A stretch of 64,000 bases of DNA from Myxococcota bacterium (lineage in GTDB: Bacteria; Myxococcota_A; UBA796; CAJQPC01): positions 6,847-70,846 of the forward strand of contig JAKLKD010000003.1 of NCBI GenBank assembly GCA_023150845.1, given 5' to 3'. A program made the position numbers and the translations under genes. How positions within the stretch are numbered: the first letter of the stretch is position 1; each line of letters opens with the position of its first letter. Of the stretch, positions 22,746-34,822 are shown in pieces. Under the pieces are notes generated by a model that saw only the letters and a program-made list of their open reading frames with translations, did no database searches and was not told the origin of the DNA.

Positions 22746-24308
22746 TCACTCCTGGCAGGCCAGGGCCTCAAGGTAGCTGATCTCCAGGGGCTCCCCGACG
22801 GTGAGGCCCTCCGCCGCCCCGTTCACCCACACGGCGCGGGCGGCGGCGTCGTAGGTCCAGGCCGAGAGCGTCCGGCCCTCGGCGCGCACGGTGAGCGTGG
22901 CGGCGACGGGCTCCTGGGCCAAGGTGTAGGTCATCACGCCGCTCCCGGCGGCGGCGGAGACCCCGGCGACCTCGGCCCAGAGGGTCTCCCACGGGGTGTT
23001 GGCGCAGACGTCGAGGGTCTCCCCTTCGGTGAGGTTCGCGGCCTCGATGGCCTTGCCGCCGCCGACGCAGCCGCCACGATCTTGGCCGGTGATCGCGGAG
23101 ATCACGAGGTCCACCTCGGCGGGCAGGCGGGCCTCGATGGCGCTGACGTAGCTGTCCGTGGGGTCTGGGGAGGCCTCGGCGCCGCGGGTCAAGAGCACGA
23201 TGTGGAGCTGGGCGCCGTCGCGCACGAAGCCCTCTAGGCAGTCCCCGACGTCGGTGCGCTCCAGGGTCGCCACGGCGAGGGACAAGAGCGCCCGGGTGGA
23301 CTGGCTCTGGGGCACGAGGCCGTACGCGAGCAGGGGCGCGATGGCCTCGGGGCTGTAGTCGCGCACCTGGTCCGCCCGCAAGAAGGGGTCCACGGTGGCG
23401 GTGCAGCTCGACACGCCGTTCACGACGGCGACCTGCCAATCGACGCCGCCCTCGTCCAAGGCCGCGAACAAGGCGCTGGCCGCGGACTGCGCGGCGTAGA
23501 GCGTCGTCCACATGTCGGAGCCGGCGTCGATGACGAGCAGCACGTCGGCGCGGGCGCCGGGCACATACGGCGGCGTCTCGACCACGCCGCTGCCGGGCAC
23601 GCCGAGGCCGGTGAGGGTGAGCGCCGAGACCGGCGACGCGGGGTCGTTCGTGAACACCTGCACCGTCGCCGACTGCGCCCCGGCGCCGGTCGGGGCAAAA
23701 CGTACGCTCAGCTCGACAAGATCCCCAGGGCCGAGGGTGCCCGTCGGCGCCTCACCCAAGGTGAAGTCTTCAGAGCCCAGGCGCTCGGCGCCGTAGACGT
23801 CGAGGGGCTCCGAGCCCTCGTTGGAGAGCCGCAGGGTGGACTCCACCGCGCAGCCGACATACGGCGCGCCGACCTGGGCGTCGGACACACGCAGCGAGGC
23901 CACGGGGGCGGTGGCCGCGCCGATGAGCTCGACGGGGGCGATGGCCAGGGGCGGGATCACCGTGCCGAGCCAGCGGCCTTCAGTGCCGGGCACAAACCGC
24001 ACGGGGATCATGGCGCTCGCCCGGGGCTCAAGCTGCACCACCGCCGGGGCATCGACGATGAAGACGTCCTCGTCGATGCCCCAGACGTGGGTGAGGCCCT
24101 CAACGAGCAGGCTCTCGTCGGTCTGGTTGGTGAGCGTGATCTCCCGGGTCGCCTCCGGGGTGTCGAGCACGGACAGCTCACCGAAGTCGAGCACGGACGG
24201 GCTCACCGCCAAGGCGTCATCCGGCAGCTCCGGCGGGCGCGGATCGGGCTTCGCCGGGCCGAGGGGCGTGCAGGCGGCGAGGCAGAGGAGGGCGAGGTGG
24301 CGGCTCAC
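22746..24308 (-). CDS. lipoprotein with Ig-like (choice-of-anchor-D/ASH-type) repeats and a VWA-like C-terminal region
   Basis: LLCLAAC lipobox. LDFGELSV...ITLTNQTDESLLVEGL-type beta-sandwich repeats, then VLLVIDAGSDMW... resembling a VWA fold. The domain calls are tentative. Confidence 0.6.
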   Translation of the reverse strand: MSRHLALLCLAACTPLGPAKPDPRPPELPDDALAVSPSVLDFGELSVLDTPEATREITLTNQTDESLLVEGLTHVWGIDEDVFIVDAPAVVQLEPRASAMIPVRFVPGTEGRWLGTVIPPLAIAPVELIGAATAPVASLRVSDAQVGAPYVGCAVESTLRLSNEGSEPLDVYGAERLGSEDFTLGEAPTGTLGPGDLVELSVRFAPTGAGAQSATVQVFTNDPASPVSALTLTGLGVPGSGVVETPPYVPGARADVLLVIDAGSDMWTTLYAAQSAASALFAALDEGGVDWQVAVVNGVSSCTATVDPFLRADQVRDYSPEAIAPLLAYGLVPQSQSTRALLSLAVATLERTDVGDCLEGFVRDGAQLHIVLLTRGAEASPDPTDSYVSAIEARLPAEVDLVISAITGQDRGGCVGGGKAIEAANLTEGETLDVCANTPWETLWAEVAGVSAAAGSGVMTYTLAQEPVAATLTVRAEGRTLSAWTYDAAARAVWVNGAAEGLTVGEPLEISYLEALACQE

Positions 24309-24341
24309 CTCTCCACGATACCGCGTCGTGGGCGGACCCGC

Positions 24342-25985
24342 TCAGCGGCCGCCAAAGGACAGACCCAGCGCGAGGCCCTGCTCGATGAGGAAGCTCGGCT
24401 CCTCGGCCGTGGTGAAGGGCAAGGCGCGCACCTCGTACCGCACGACGAGCTGGCCGGGGCCACCTTGGCCAAGCTGGGGCGCGTCGAGGCGTAAGGTCGC
24501 GCGGGCGCCGGGGATCACCGTAGGGCCGCCCTGCAGCTCGGGGCCGGAGTAGCCGGTGAAGCTTCGCCAGAGCAGGCCCGCGTCGAGGCTCGGGCCGAGG
24601 GAGAGCGGCACCCGGCGGAGCTCGAAGGCCGCCACGCCGCCGACGCTCAGCTCGCCGCCGAGCACGATGGCGGGCTCGGTGAGGTTCTCGACGGGCAGGG
24701 TCGCCGTTCCCGCCGCGCCGCGCAGGTGCAGCTCAGGGCGGAGCCGCGCCGCGGGCTGGGTCTCTAATCGGCGGCCCAGCTCAACCCCGCCCACCCACGG
24801 CGAGAAGGTCGAGAGGCCCGGGCCTTGGCGTAAGGCGGCGGTGGTGGAGAGCTCCCAGCGGGGGGCGCCGGTCGGGAAGAGATCGGTCAACATCACCGTC
24901 TCCCCGGCCTCTACGCGCAGGCTGCGGGAGAGCAGGATCTCGCCGGAGTCGCTCTCTAAGACGAGCTGGTGGCGGCCGGGCTCGACGGCGATGAGCGAGG
25001 GCAAGGCCCCGCGGGAGGTGCCGTCGATGAGCACTCGGGTGTTGTTGAGCACGGCGTCGGTGGCGGCCAAGAGCGCGCGCTCAGCGGCGGAGCGGGTGGC
25101 GTCGCTGCCCGCGAGGTAGATCTCCTCGCGGCCGACGATGCGGTACTCCGCCCGGGGCACCTGCATGCCCCCGGTGAAGTGGATCGTGCGGTCCCGGGCG
25201 TACTCGTGGGCCTCGGTCACGTCGACCAGGCCGTCGCGGTCGAGGTCGGACTTGCTCGCGCCCAGGGTGAGCGCCTCGATCAAGAAGTGGGTGTACACGC
25301 CGTTCTGGAGGTTCTTGTCCTCCATGGCGGGCTGGTAATACTGCGCGGCGTAGAGCCGGGCCTCGGACTCCGAGACCTCCCGCAGCGAGCGCGGCGCCGG
25401 GGGCTCCCCACGCATCGACTCCAGGAGCGAGGCCGTCGTGGGGTCCAGCGACGACTTGTCCCGGCCGTTGTGGCAGGTGTCGAGGATGAGCACCCGCCGC
25501 CGGGCCTCGACCTCACTCACCCGCGCCTCCAGCCACTCCACGCTGAGCCCGGTGCGCGCGGCGTCGCCGAGGCGGCCGTCCGTGGGCAAGAACCACAGGC
25601 GGGTGCCCAAGGCGGGGTCGACGGTGAGGGTGCCGTGGCCGGAGAGGTAGAGCACGAAGGTGTCGTCGCGCTGGAGGTCGGCCGTGGCGTTGTCGATCGC
25701 CCGCTGGATGGCCGCCCGAGACGTGGCCTCGGGGCCGGTGACGACGTACACCCGGTCAAAGGCGCCGCCCTCCTCGGACTGCAGCACACGGCCGAGGTCA
25801 CGGGCGTCTTTTGCGGCGAAGCGCAGGTCGGGCAGGGCCGGGTCGGAGTAGCTGTCGACGCCGATGAGCACCGCGACGCGCTGGGGGGCGTACACGGCGT
25901 CGAGGCCGCCGCCGCTCGTCGGCTTGAGCTCTCCGGCCCAGGCCGTCGTGAGGCCGAGGCCCAGAGTGAGGAGCGTGCTCATCAT
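24342..25985 (-). CDS. secreted caspase-family (peptidase C14) protein with a PEGA-like domain and a beta-rich C-terminal region
   Basis: Signal peptide; RVAVLIGVDSY; catalytic-dyad context YLSGHG and LILDTCHNG; later TRVLIDGTSRGALPSLIAVEPGRHQLVL (PEGA-like). Confidence 0.8.
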   Translation of the reverse strand: MMSTLLTLGLGLTTAWAGELKPTSGGGLDAVYAPQRVAVLIGVDSYSDPALPDLRFAAKDARDLGRVLQSEEGGAFDRVYVVTGPEATSRAAIQRAIDNATADLQRDDTFVLYLSGHGTLTVDPALGTRLWFLPTDGRLGDAARTGLSVEWLEARVSEVEARRRVLILDTCHNGRDKSSLDPTTASLLESMRGEPPAPRSLREVSESEARLYAAQYYQPAMEDKNLQNGVYTHFLIEALTLGASKSDLDRDGLVDVTEAHEYARDRTIHFTGGMQVPRAEYRIVGREEIYLAGSDATRSAAERALLAATDAVLNNTRVLIDGTSRGALPSLIAVEPGRHQLVLESDSGEILLSRSLRVEAGETVMLTDLFPTGAPRWELSTTAALRQGPGLSTFSPWVGGVELGRRLETQPAARLRPELHLRGAAGTATLPVENLTEPAIVLGGELSVGGVAAFELRRVPLSLGPSLDAGLLWRSFTGYSGPELQGGPTVIPGARATLRLDAPQLGQGGPGQLVVRYEVRALPFTTAEEPSFLIEQGLALGLSFGGR

Positions 25986-26695
25986 GGGCGCACCTCGACG
26001 TAGGCGGCGTCACAAGGGTAACCCAAGGCCAAGGCGCCGCGGCAGAGCGCCGTCGGTGAGCTCGGGTCGAGGTCCGCGAGGGCCTCGTTGAGGGTCTCGG
26101 CGCCGAGAGGCTCCGACGCGCTGAGCACGGCGAAGACCCCGCTCTGGTCGCCCGGGTCAACGCTCCAGGCGAGGGGCGCCGCGCCCAGCCGGAGATCCTC
26201 TTCGCCCGCGCCTTGGGCGGCGACGTGGAGCACCTTCACCCCGGCGGCATCAGCGCGGACCAGGGCCACCCAGCCATCCGCGGCGAGCTGCACCCGGAAC
26301 ATGAGCTCGTCTCCCGGCGCGAGGGGCGCGCCGTCTCGCAGGCGCTCAAGCTGACCTCCGCGGCGGGCGGCGAGCTTGAGGTGGACCATCGGGGCGCTCT
26401 CGGCGTCGCCGCGGGCGACCTGGGCGGCGGGATCACCGACCGGGGCCTCGCCGCGCACGGCCAAGAGCGCCCCGGCGGCCAGCCCAGCGAGGGCGACCAC
26501 ACCGCCGACTCGCCAGGGCTGGTTCGCCGGGGCGGAAGAGGGGAGGAGGGCTTGGTCTTCAGCCCGGGCGCGGCGCACGGCGTCGAGGGTGCGCGCGGCG
26601 AGCTCGGCGGGGACCGGGGCCTCCCCCAAGGCGGCGCGGGCGTCGTCGTCGATGGCCGGGCCGTCGTCGTAGAGCCAAGGAGGCAGGCCGCTCAC
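25982..26695 (-). CDS. putative anti-sigma factor (single-pass membrane protein)
   Basis: Overlaps the ECF sigma gene by 4 nt; central TM segment (WRVGGVVALAGLAAGALLAV). Assigned by position only; no zinc-finger anti-sigma motif seen. Confidence 0.5.
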   Translation of the reverse strand: MSGLPPWLYDDGPAIDDDARAALGEAPVPAELAARTLDAVRRARAEDQALLPSSAPANQPWRVGGVVALAGLAAGALLAVRGEAPVGDPAAQVARGDAESAPMVHLKLAARRGGQLERLRDGAPLAPGDELMFRVQLAADGWVALVRADAAGVKVLHVAAQGAGEEDLRLGAAPLAWSVDPGDQSGVFAVLSASEPLGAETLNEALADLDPSSPTALCRGALALGYPCDAAYVEVRP

Positions 26696-27219
26696 GGCTC
26701 ACCTCCGAGCTTCACCCGCAGGGCGGCGCGGGCGCGTGACACCCGGGCCCGGGCGTTGTCGGGGCTCACGCCGAGCTGGGTGGCGAGCTCGTTGTGGTCA
26801 AAACCGTAGACCACGCCGAGCAAGAAGGCCTCCCGCAAGGACTCCGGCAGAGACTCGATGGCGGCGTCGAGGGTGAGCTTGAGATCCGGCGTGGACCGCG
26901 CGCTCGGGAGGTTGACGTCCTCCTCGGACTCGCGGATCGAGCGCCCCGCCCGGCGGGCGGCGTCGCGGCGGGTGTTCAGCGCGATCCCGAACAGCCAAGA
27001 GCGAAAGCGCTGCCCGGGCTGGTAGGTGGCGCGGCCCCGGTACACCTTGAGCCAGGTGTCTTGAAACAGCTCGGCGGCGCGCTCCGGAGGCTCGCCGCTC
27101 CGGCGTAAGAGCCCAAGCACGGCGCGGGAGTGGCGCTCAAAGAGCACCTCATAGCTCCGCTCGTCACCGGCTTGCGCGCGCAACATGAGCTCCTCGTCGC
27201 TTGTCTCGGCCTGGCCCAT
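26692..27219 (-). CDS. ECF-type RNA polymerase sigma-70 factor
   Basis: Region 2 (FQDTWLKVYR..FRSWLFGIALN) and region 4 (LPESLREAFLL..GFDHNELATQLGVSPDNARARVSRAR). Confidence 0.9.
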   Translation of the reverse strand: MGQAETSDEELMLRAQAGDERSYEVLFERHSRAVLGLLRRSGEPPERAAELFQDTWLKVYRGRATYQPGQRFRSWLFGIALNTRRDAARRAGRSIRESEEDVNLPSARSTPDLKLTLDAAIESLPESLREAFLLGVVYGFDHNELATQLGVSPDNARARVSRARAALRVKLGGEP

Positions 27220-27240
27220 AGGTGGGGTCCTGTCCGAGCC

Positions 27241-28800
27241 TTACGACGAGGCGGCGGGGGGTGTGACAGGCACCGCCGCGCGACGGCGGATGCGCAGAGC
27301 CACGGCGATCACCGCGGCGAGGTTCAGCCAGGCGTAGGCGTCGCCGATCTTGGAGTACACCGTCGGCACGCGACCCACCGGGGTCTCGATCACCCGCAGC
27401 ACGTCGGTGAACGGCTCGGTCTCGTCCTCGATCTTGCCCGTCGGCGAGATGCGCATCGACACGCCGGTGTAGGCGATTCGTACAATCGGCACGCCCAGCT
27501 CCACGGCGCGCACGGCGGAGAGCATGGCGTGCTGGTGCGGGGCCGAGGTGTCGCCGAACCAGCCGTCGTTGGTGACGTTCACCATGAGCTGGCCGTCGGA
27601 GAGCTCGGTGCGCACGAGGCGCGAGAGGATCGCCTCGTAGCAGATCGGCGTCGTGAAGGTGATCTCCGGCCGGTCGGGCAAGGAGAACACCACGGGCACC
27701 TCCCCGGCCTTAAAGTTGCCGGGTCCGCGGATCCACTCCCGCAAGATGGGGAAGGTCTCCGCGCCGGGGATGTACTCGCCGAAGGGCAGGGGCACCATCT
27801 TGTCGTAGCGGGTGACGAGCTCCCCTTGGCGGCTCATGAGGTAGATCGAGTTCCGCTGCTCGTAGTAGGGCTCGCCGGAGATGGGGCTCGTCTTCTCTTC
27901 GACGTAGCCGCCGCCGAAGACGATGGGCGCGTCGATGTAGCGGGCGAGGTAGGTCATGCGCTGGCCGACCTTCGCGATGCGCGGGTCATACGGCGTGGCG
28001 CCTTCAGGCCAGATCACGAGGTCGACCTTCTCGCCGCGGAGCTGCTCCGTGCTCTTCACCCAGGACATCATCGCCTCACCGGGGGAGCTCTGCATCCGCT
28101 CCTCCATGGTGATGCCCTGCTGGATCTGGCTGACCCGGATGCGCGGCATGGCCGCCACGGCGGCCTCCACTTCAGCGGTGCGCCAGAGCCCGAAGCCGAT
28201 GTTGCCCAAGAACAGGCCCGCCACGACGCCGAGGGCCCGCAGGTTCGGGCGCTCCCCGGCGCGGGTGGCGAGGATCAGCTCGGCCACGGCGCAGTTCGTG
28301 AGCATGACGAGGTAGGTGACGCCGTAGACGCCGGTCACCGACGCGAGCTGCCAGGTGGCGGCGACGCGGTACTGGCTCACGCCCTGAAAGTAGGGGAACA
28401 GGGCCGGGGTCACGAACTCGACGGCCACCTGCACCGCGGGCAGAAAGAACACCCAGCCTACGCCCATCACCCGGCGCAGGCGCGGGGCGAGGGGGAACAC
28501 GATCGCGTAGGGCAAGCCCACGGCGAAGGCGAAGAGGTGCACGACCTGGAGGCTCAAGAACGCCGGGATGTTCGAGAAGCGGATGATCGACTCGGCGAGC
28601 CAGAAGAAGAGCGTGCTCACCGCGGCGTAGCCCGAGAGCCAGCCGAGCATGAAGTTCCCCCGGGGGTCGTCCTCCCGCATCACCAGCAGCAGGGGCACGA
28701 AGGAGACCCAGTGCAAGAAGTGCAGGTTGATCGGGGGCGAGATGACGTAGAGCAAGAGCCCCGAGGTGAGCGCGGCGAGCAGGCGGGGGAGGGTGATCAC
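27241..28800 (-). CDS. lnt: apolipoprotein N-acyltransferase
   Basis: Eight N-terminal hydrophobic segments plus a CN-hydrolase domain (WPEGATP, ICYEA). Confidence 0.85.
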   Translation of the reverse strand: MITLPRLLAALTSGLLLYVISPPINLHFLHWVSFVPLLLVMREDDPRGNFMLGWLSGYAAVSTLFFWLAESIIRFSNIPAFLSLQVVHLFAFAVGLPYAIVFPLAPRLRRVMGVGWVFFLPAVQVAVEFVTPALFPYFQGVSQYRVAATWQLASVTGVYGVTYLVMLTNCAVAELILATRAGERPNLRALGVVAGLFLGNIGFGLWRTAEVEAAVAAMPRIRVSQIQQGITMEERMQSSPGEAMMSWVKSTEQLRGEKVDLVIWPEGATPYDPRIAKVGQRMTYLARYIDAPIVFGGGYVEEKTSPISGEPYYEQRNSIYLMSRQGELVTRYDKMVPLPFGEYIPGAETFPILREWIRGPGNFKAGEVPVVFSLPDRPEITFTTPICYEAILSRLVRTELSDGQLMVNVTNDGWFGDTSAPHQHAMLSAVRAVELGVPIVRIAYTGVSMRISPTGKIEDETEPFTDVLRVIETPVGRVPTVYSKIGDAYAWLNLAAVIAVALRIRRRAAVPVTPPAASS

Positions 28801-29777
28801 GGGGTCAGCTCCACGGCGGGGGTCAGCGCGGGCGGGTTCAGCGCAGCGGGGGCGAACTCAGGCGGCGTTGGCGCGGGGCGCTCAGGCAAGGTCGGCGGCG
28901 GCGGCGCGAGGGGGGCGAGGCTCCGCACGACGTCGTCGCGCAGGCCGCGGTTGTGGCGGATCGCCGCGTCCGCCGCCCCGTAGATGTTCCCGAAGTAGAA
29001 GCCGACCCCGAAGAAGCCCGCCACGCCCAAGGCCGCCCACTGGCGCTCCCGGGCCGCGAGGATCATGCCCGTGGCGAAGAGCGCGTTCACCGTGAAGGCC
29101 GAGAGCGCCTCTTGGGGCTGGCGGGCGTAGAGCTGGCCCGCGCCGGGCAGGCCGCCAGAGAGCGCCGCGGCGACGAGGGGGCGCTTGAACCGCCCGGGGT
29201 CGCTCAGCATGAGGCTCGCCTCGGGGCTCAGCGTGATCCCGTTGGACTCGGCCTGGGTGAGCGCCATGGAGAAGTAGCCGTCTTGGGCCAGCCCCACCGT
29301 GGCCTGGTACGCGGCCCAGTCGCGGTAGAGCCCGTCGGGGCGCCCGGCGAGGTAACCCTGGTACATGCCGACGCCTTGGCGGGGCAAGATGCCCACCCAG
29401 GCCTCAGCGATGGCCAGCTCCGCGAGCTCACCGACGGGGCCCGGCGTGCCGCGCAGGCGCTCCAGCTCGGCGAGGCTCCGCTGGGGGTCGCCCAGCTCCC
29501 GGATCGCCAAGGCGTCGAGGTAGTCCACCTCGGCCAAGGTCGCCGGGGTCAGGCCGCCGTGAAAACGGACCCGAATCGCCTCGGTGTGTAGGCCCTGCCA
29601 GTCCTCACGCCGCGCCAGCTCGTTGAGCAGGGGCACAGGATCAACGGCGCCGGGCGCCGTGGTGGGCTCAGAGGCAGAGGTCGGCGCCGTCGGCTCGGCT
29701 GCGTCGGCAGACCCCCCCAGAGAGGAGCTCACCAGCAGGGTAATGGCCGCGCAGCGGATCGTGGAAATGAAGCCCAT
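28797..29777 (-). CDS. hypothetical secreted/membrane protein
   Basis: Signal-like MGFISTIRCAAITLLVSSSLGG; C-terminal hydrophobic helices (FTVNALFATGMILAA, ALGVAGFFGVGFYFGNIYGAA). The start is uncertain; as placed it overlaps the upstream yidD-like gene by 110 nt. Confidence 0.5.
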   Translation of the reverse strand: MGFISTIRCAAITLLVSSSLGGSADAAEPTAPTSASEPTTAPGAVDPVPLLNELARREDWQGLHTEAIRVRFHGGLTPATLAEVDYLDALAIRELGDPQRSLAELERLRGTPGPVGELAELAIAEAWVGILPRQGVGMYQGYLAGRPDGLYRDWAAYQATVGLAQDGYFSMALTQAESNGITLSPEASLMLSDPGRFKRPLVAAALSGGLPGAGQLYARQPQEALSAFTVNALFATGMILAARERQWAALGVAGFFGVGFYFGNIYGAADAAIRHNRGLRDDVVRSLAPLAPPPPTLPERPAPTPPEFAPAALNPPALTPAVELTP

Positions 29778-30072
29778 CAGGCGCCAACGGGTAAACGGAG
29801 GGGTTGGAGTCGCGGAGGAGGCGATCGAAGGTGAGCACAATACCCCCGATCAGGCCGTCGCGCCCCACGGCCTGCCGAGAGTAGCCCGAGCACGACGGGC
29901 GCAGCGGGCAGCGGGCGCCATCGCCGGGGGACACGAGCTCCTGCCACACGACGAGGCCGAGCTGCGCGGTGGCGTCCACCGGCCCCGTCGTCACCGTGCG
30001 GTCGTCACGCAGCATCCGGGCGGGGTCGGGCTCAGCCCAGGCGGTCGTGGTGAGGAGGGCGAGGCTCAGCAT
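29668..30072 (-). CDS. YidD-like membrane protein insertion efficiency factor homolog (extended C-terminus)
   Basis: WQELVSPGDGARCPLRPSCSGYSRQAV...RLLR matches the YidD core (YQ..ISP....C.F.PSCS.Y). The canonical RC.P tail is not conserved. Confidence 0.55.
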   Translation of the reverse strand: MLSLALLTTTAWAEPDPARMLRDDRTVTTGPVDATAQLGLVVWQELVSPGDGARCPLRPSCSGYSRQAVGRDGLIGGIVLTFDRLLRDSNPSVYPLAPDGLHFHDPLRGHYPAGELLSGGVCRRSRADGADLCL

Positions 30073-30105
30073 TCGCCCAGCATAACCGACGCGCTCTGAA
30101 GACGA

Positions 30106-30140
30106 AGACCCCCGACCGGCGCGAGGCCGATCGGGGGTCT
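30106..30140 (-). terminator. putative groESL terminator hairpin
   Basis: agacccccga / tcgggggtct: 10-bp arms, 15-nt loop, 32 nt downstream of the groEL stop. Only a weak T tract (tcgtcttc) follows on the minus strand. Confidence 0.4.
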
Positions 30141-30171
30141 GTTGGGGCGCTCGGGGGAGGCGCGGAGAGGA

Positions 30172-31893
<1,722 letters not shown>

Positions 31894-31904
31894 TCAGCGG
31901 CTCA

Positions 31905-32192
31905 TCAGTTGATGATCGCGAGGATGTCCTCTTCCTTGATGACGATGTGGTCCTCACCGTCGAGCTTGATCTCGTTCTCCACCCACTTGCCCAGGAGCAC
32001 GGTGTCGCCGACCTTGACGCTCAAGGCGCGCACGCTGCCGTCGGACTGGCGGCGGCCGGGGCCCACGGCGACGACGGTCGCCTGCTGGGGCTTCTCCTTG
32101 GCGGACTCGGGGATGTAGAGGCCGCCGGAGGAGCGGACCTCGGCGCTCACGCGCTTGAGGAGCACACGGTCATGAAGGGGGGTGAAGGCCAT
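31905..32192 (-). CDS. groS: co-chaperonin GroES
   Basis: FTPLHDRVLLKR...GGLYIPESAKEKPQQATVVAVGPG; GGAGG RBS. Confidence 0.95.
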   Translation of the reverse strand: MAFTPLHDRVLLKRVSAEVRSSGGLYIPESAKEKPQQATVVAVGPGRRQSDGSVRALSVKVGDTVLLGKWVENEIKLDGEDHIVIKEEDILAIIN

Positions 32193-32365
32193 GGGAGTTC
32201 CTCCAGATGCGATGATTGACTTGTTGCGTTGACGCGAGCCCGAGGCTCACGAGGGGTCTGTTTTCGGAGGCAACGGGTAGGCACGAGCCCAGAGGGCGGC
32301 AAGCCCTCGGGACAAAAAACCGTGCGCGTCCTGGTCAACCCCCCTCGGGCCGCCGTGGCCCAAGG

Positions 32366-32397
32366 AACAAAAACGCCGCGCGACGAAGCGCGCGGCG
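32366..32397 (-). terminator. intrinsic (rho-independent) terminator, minus strand, inside the groES-dnaK intergenic region
   Basis: Perfect 9-bp GC stem (32374-32382 pairs with 32389-32397) and a 6-nt loop. On the minus strand it is followed by TTTTTGTT (plus-strand aacaaaaa at 32366-32373). Confidence 0.6.
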
Positions 32398-32497
32398 GAT
32401 CTTGTGAGAGACGACGTGTGGCCAGCTCCAGCACGCGCCTCCGGACCCCGTCGGAGCAGGTCAGGGCAGGGTGTTTGTCAGCCCCGCCGGGGTCACG
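32366..32497 (-). ncRNA. candidate ~130-nt sigma54-dependent small RNA, or an attenuated groESL leader
   Basis: Bounded by the sigma54 promoter (predicted start near 32497) and the intrinsic terminator. No ATG-initiated ORF, and no family recognised. Confidence 0.3.
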
Positions 32498-32506
32498 CCC
32501 CGGGAA

Positions 32507-32523
32507 ATGCAAGCGCCGTGCCA
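32507..32523 (-). promoter_or_regulatory. sigma54 (RpoN) -24/-12 promoter
   Basis: Minus strand reads TGGCACGGCGCTTGCAT. Both elements and the spacing match the consensus TGGCACG-N4-TTGCW exactly. Confidence 0.65.
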
Positions 32524-32837
32524 CCCCAAGGAACGCCCTCCTGAGGCGGATCCGCGGGCTGCGGGATCGCCATGTCGTGACATTTGGGTCGTGGTAGGCG
32601 CGACACGACGCGCCGCCGTGGAATGGGCCATTGACGCCCAGGACCCTGGGATTACCTTGCCGGCGCTCCGCTCCCCTGGCGGATCAAGCCGCAAAACGCG
32701 ACGCTTGACGGGCAGGGGGTCGCGATTAGCTCATGCGTCGTGAGGCCGGCTCCCCCCAACGAAGCCAGGCCAGCTTCCAGAAAAACTCCAGCCGAGCCAG
32801 GGACTAAGCGCCCGGGCCACCAAGAGGACGCTGATTT

Positions 32838-34742
<1,905 letters not shown>

Positions 34743-34822
34743 GCAAACCCCCAGTGAGCGCAGCGGCCTCGGCGTGAGCCGGGGCCTCCTGCATTCTGGG
34801 CGTGACGATTCGGAGGCAGCCC

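Noticed and set aside
32647-32660. tgggattaccttgc on the plus strand upstream of dnaK resembles a sigma54 -24/-12 element.
   Set aside because: The GG-to-GC spacing is one nucleotide short of the strict consensus spacing, and the -24 element is degenerate (TGGGAT).
32193-32837. Searched the groES-dnaK divergent intergenic region for a CIRCE/HrcA operator and for small ORFs (32216..32407 +, 32229..32597 +, 32461..32694 -, 32147..32524 -).
   Set aside because: No TTAGCACTC-N9-GAGTGCTAA-like inverted repeat was seen. The ORFs are Arg/Pro-rich and overlap one another in several frames, so none is called.
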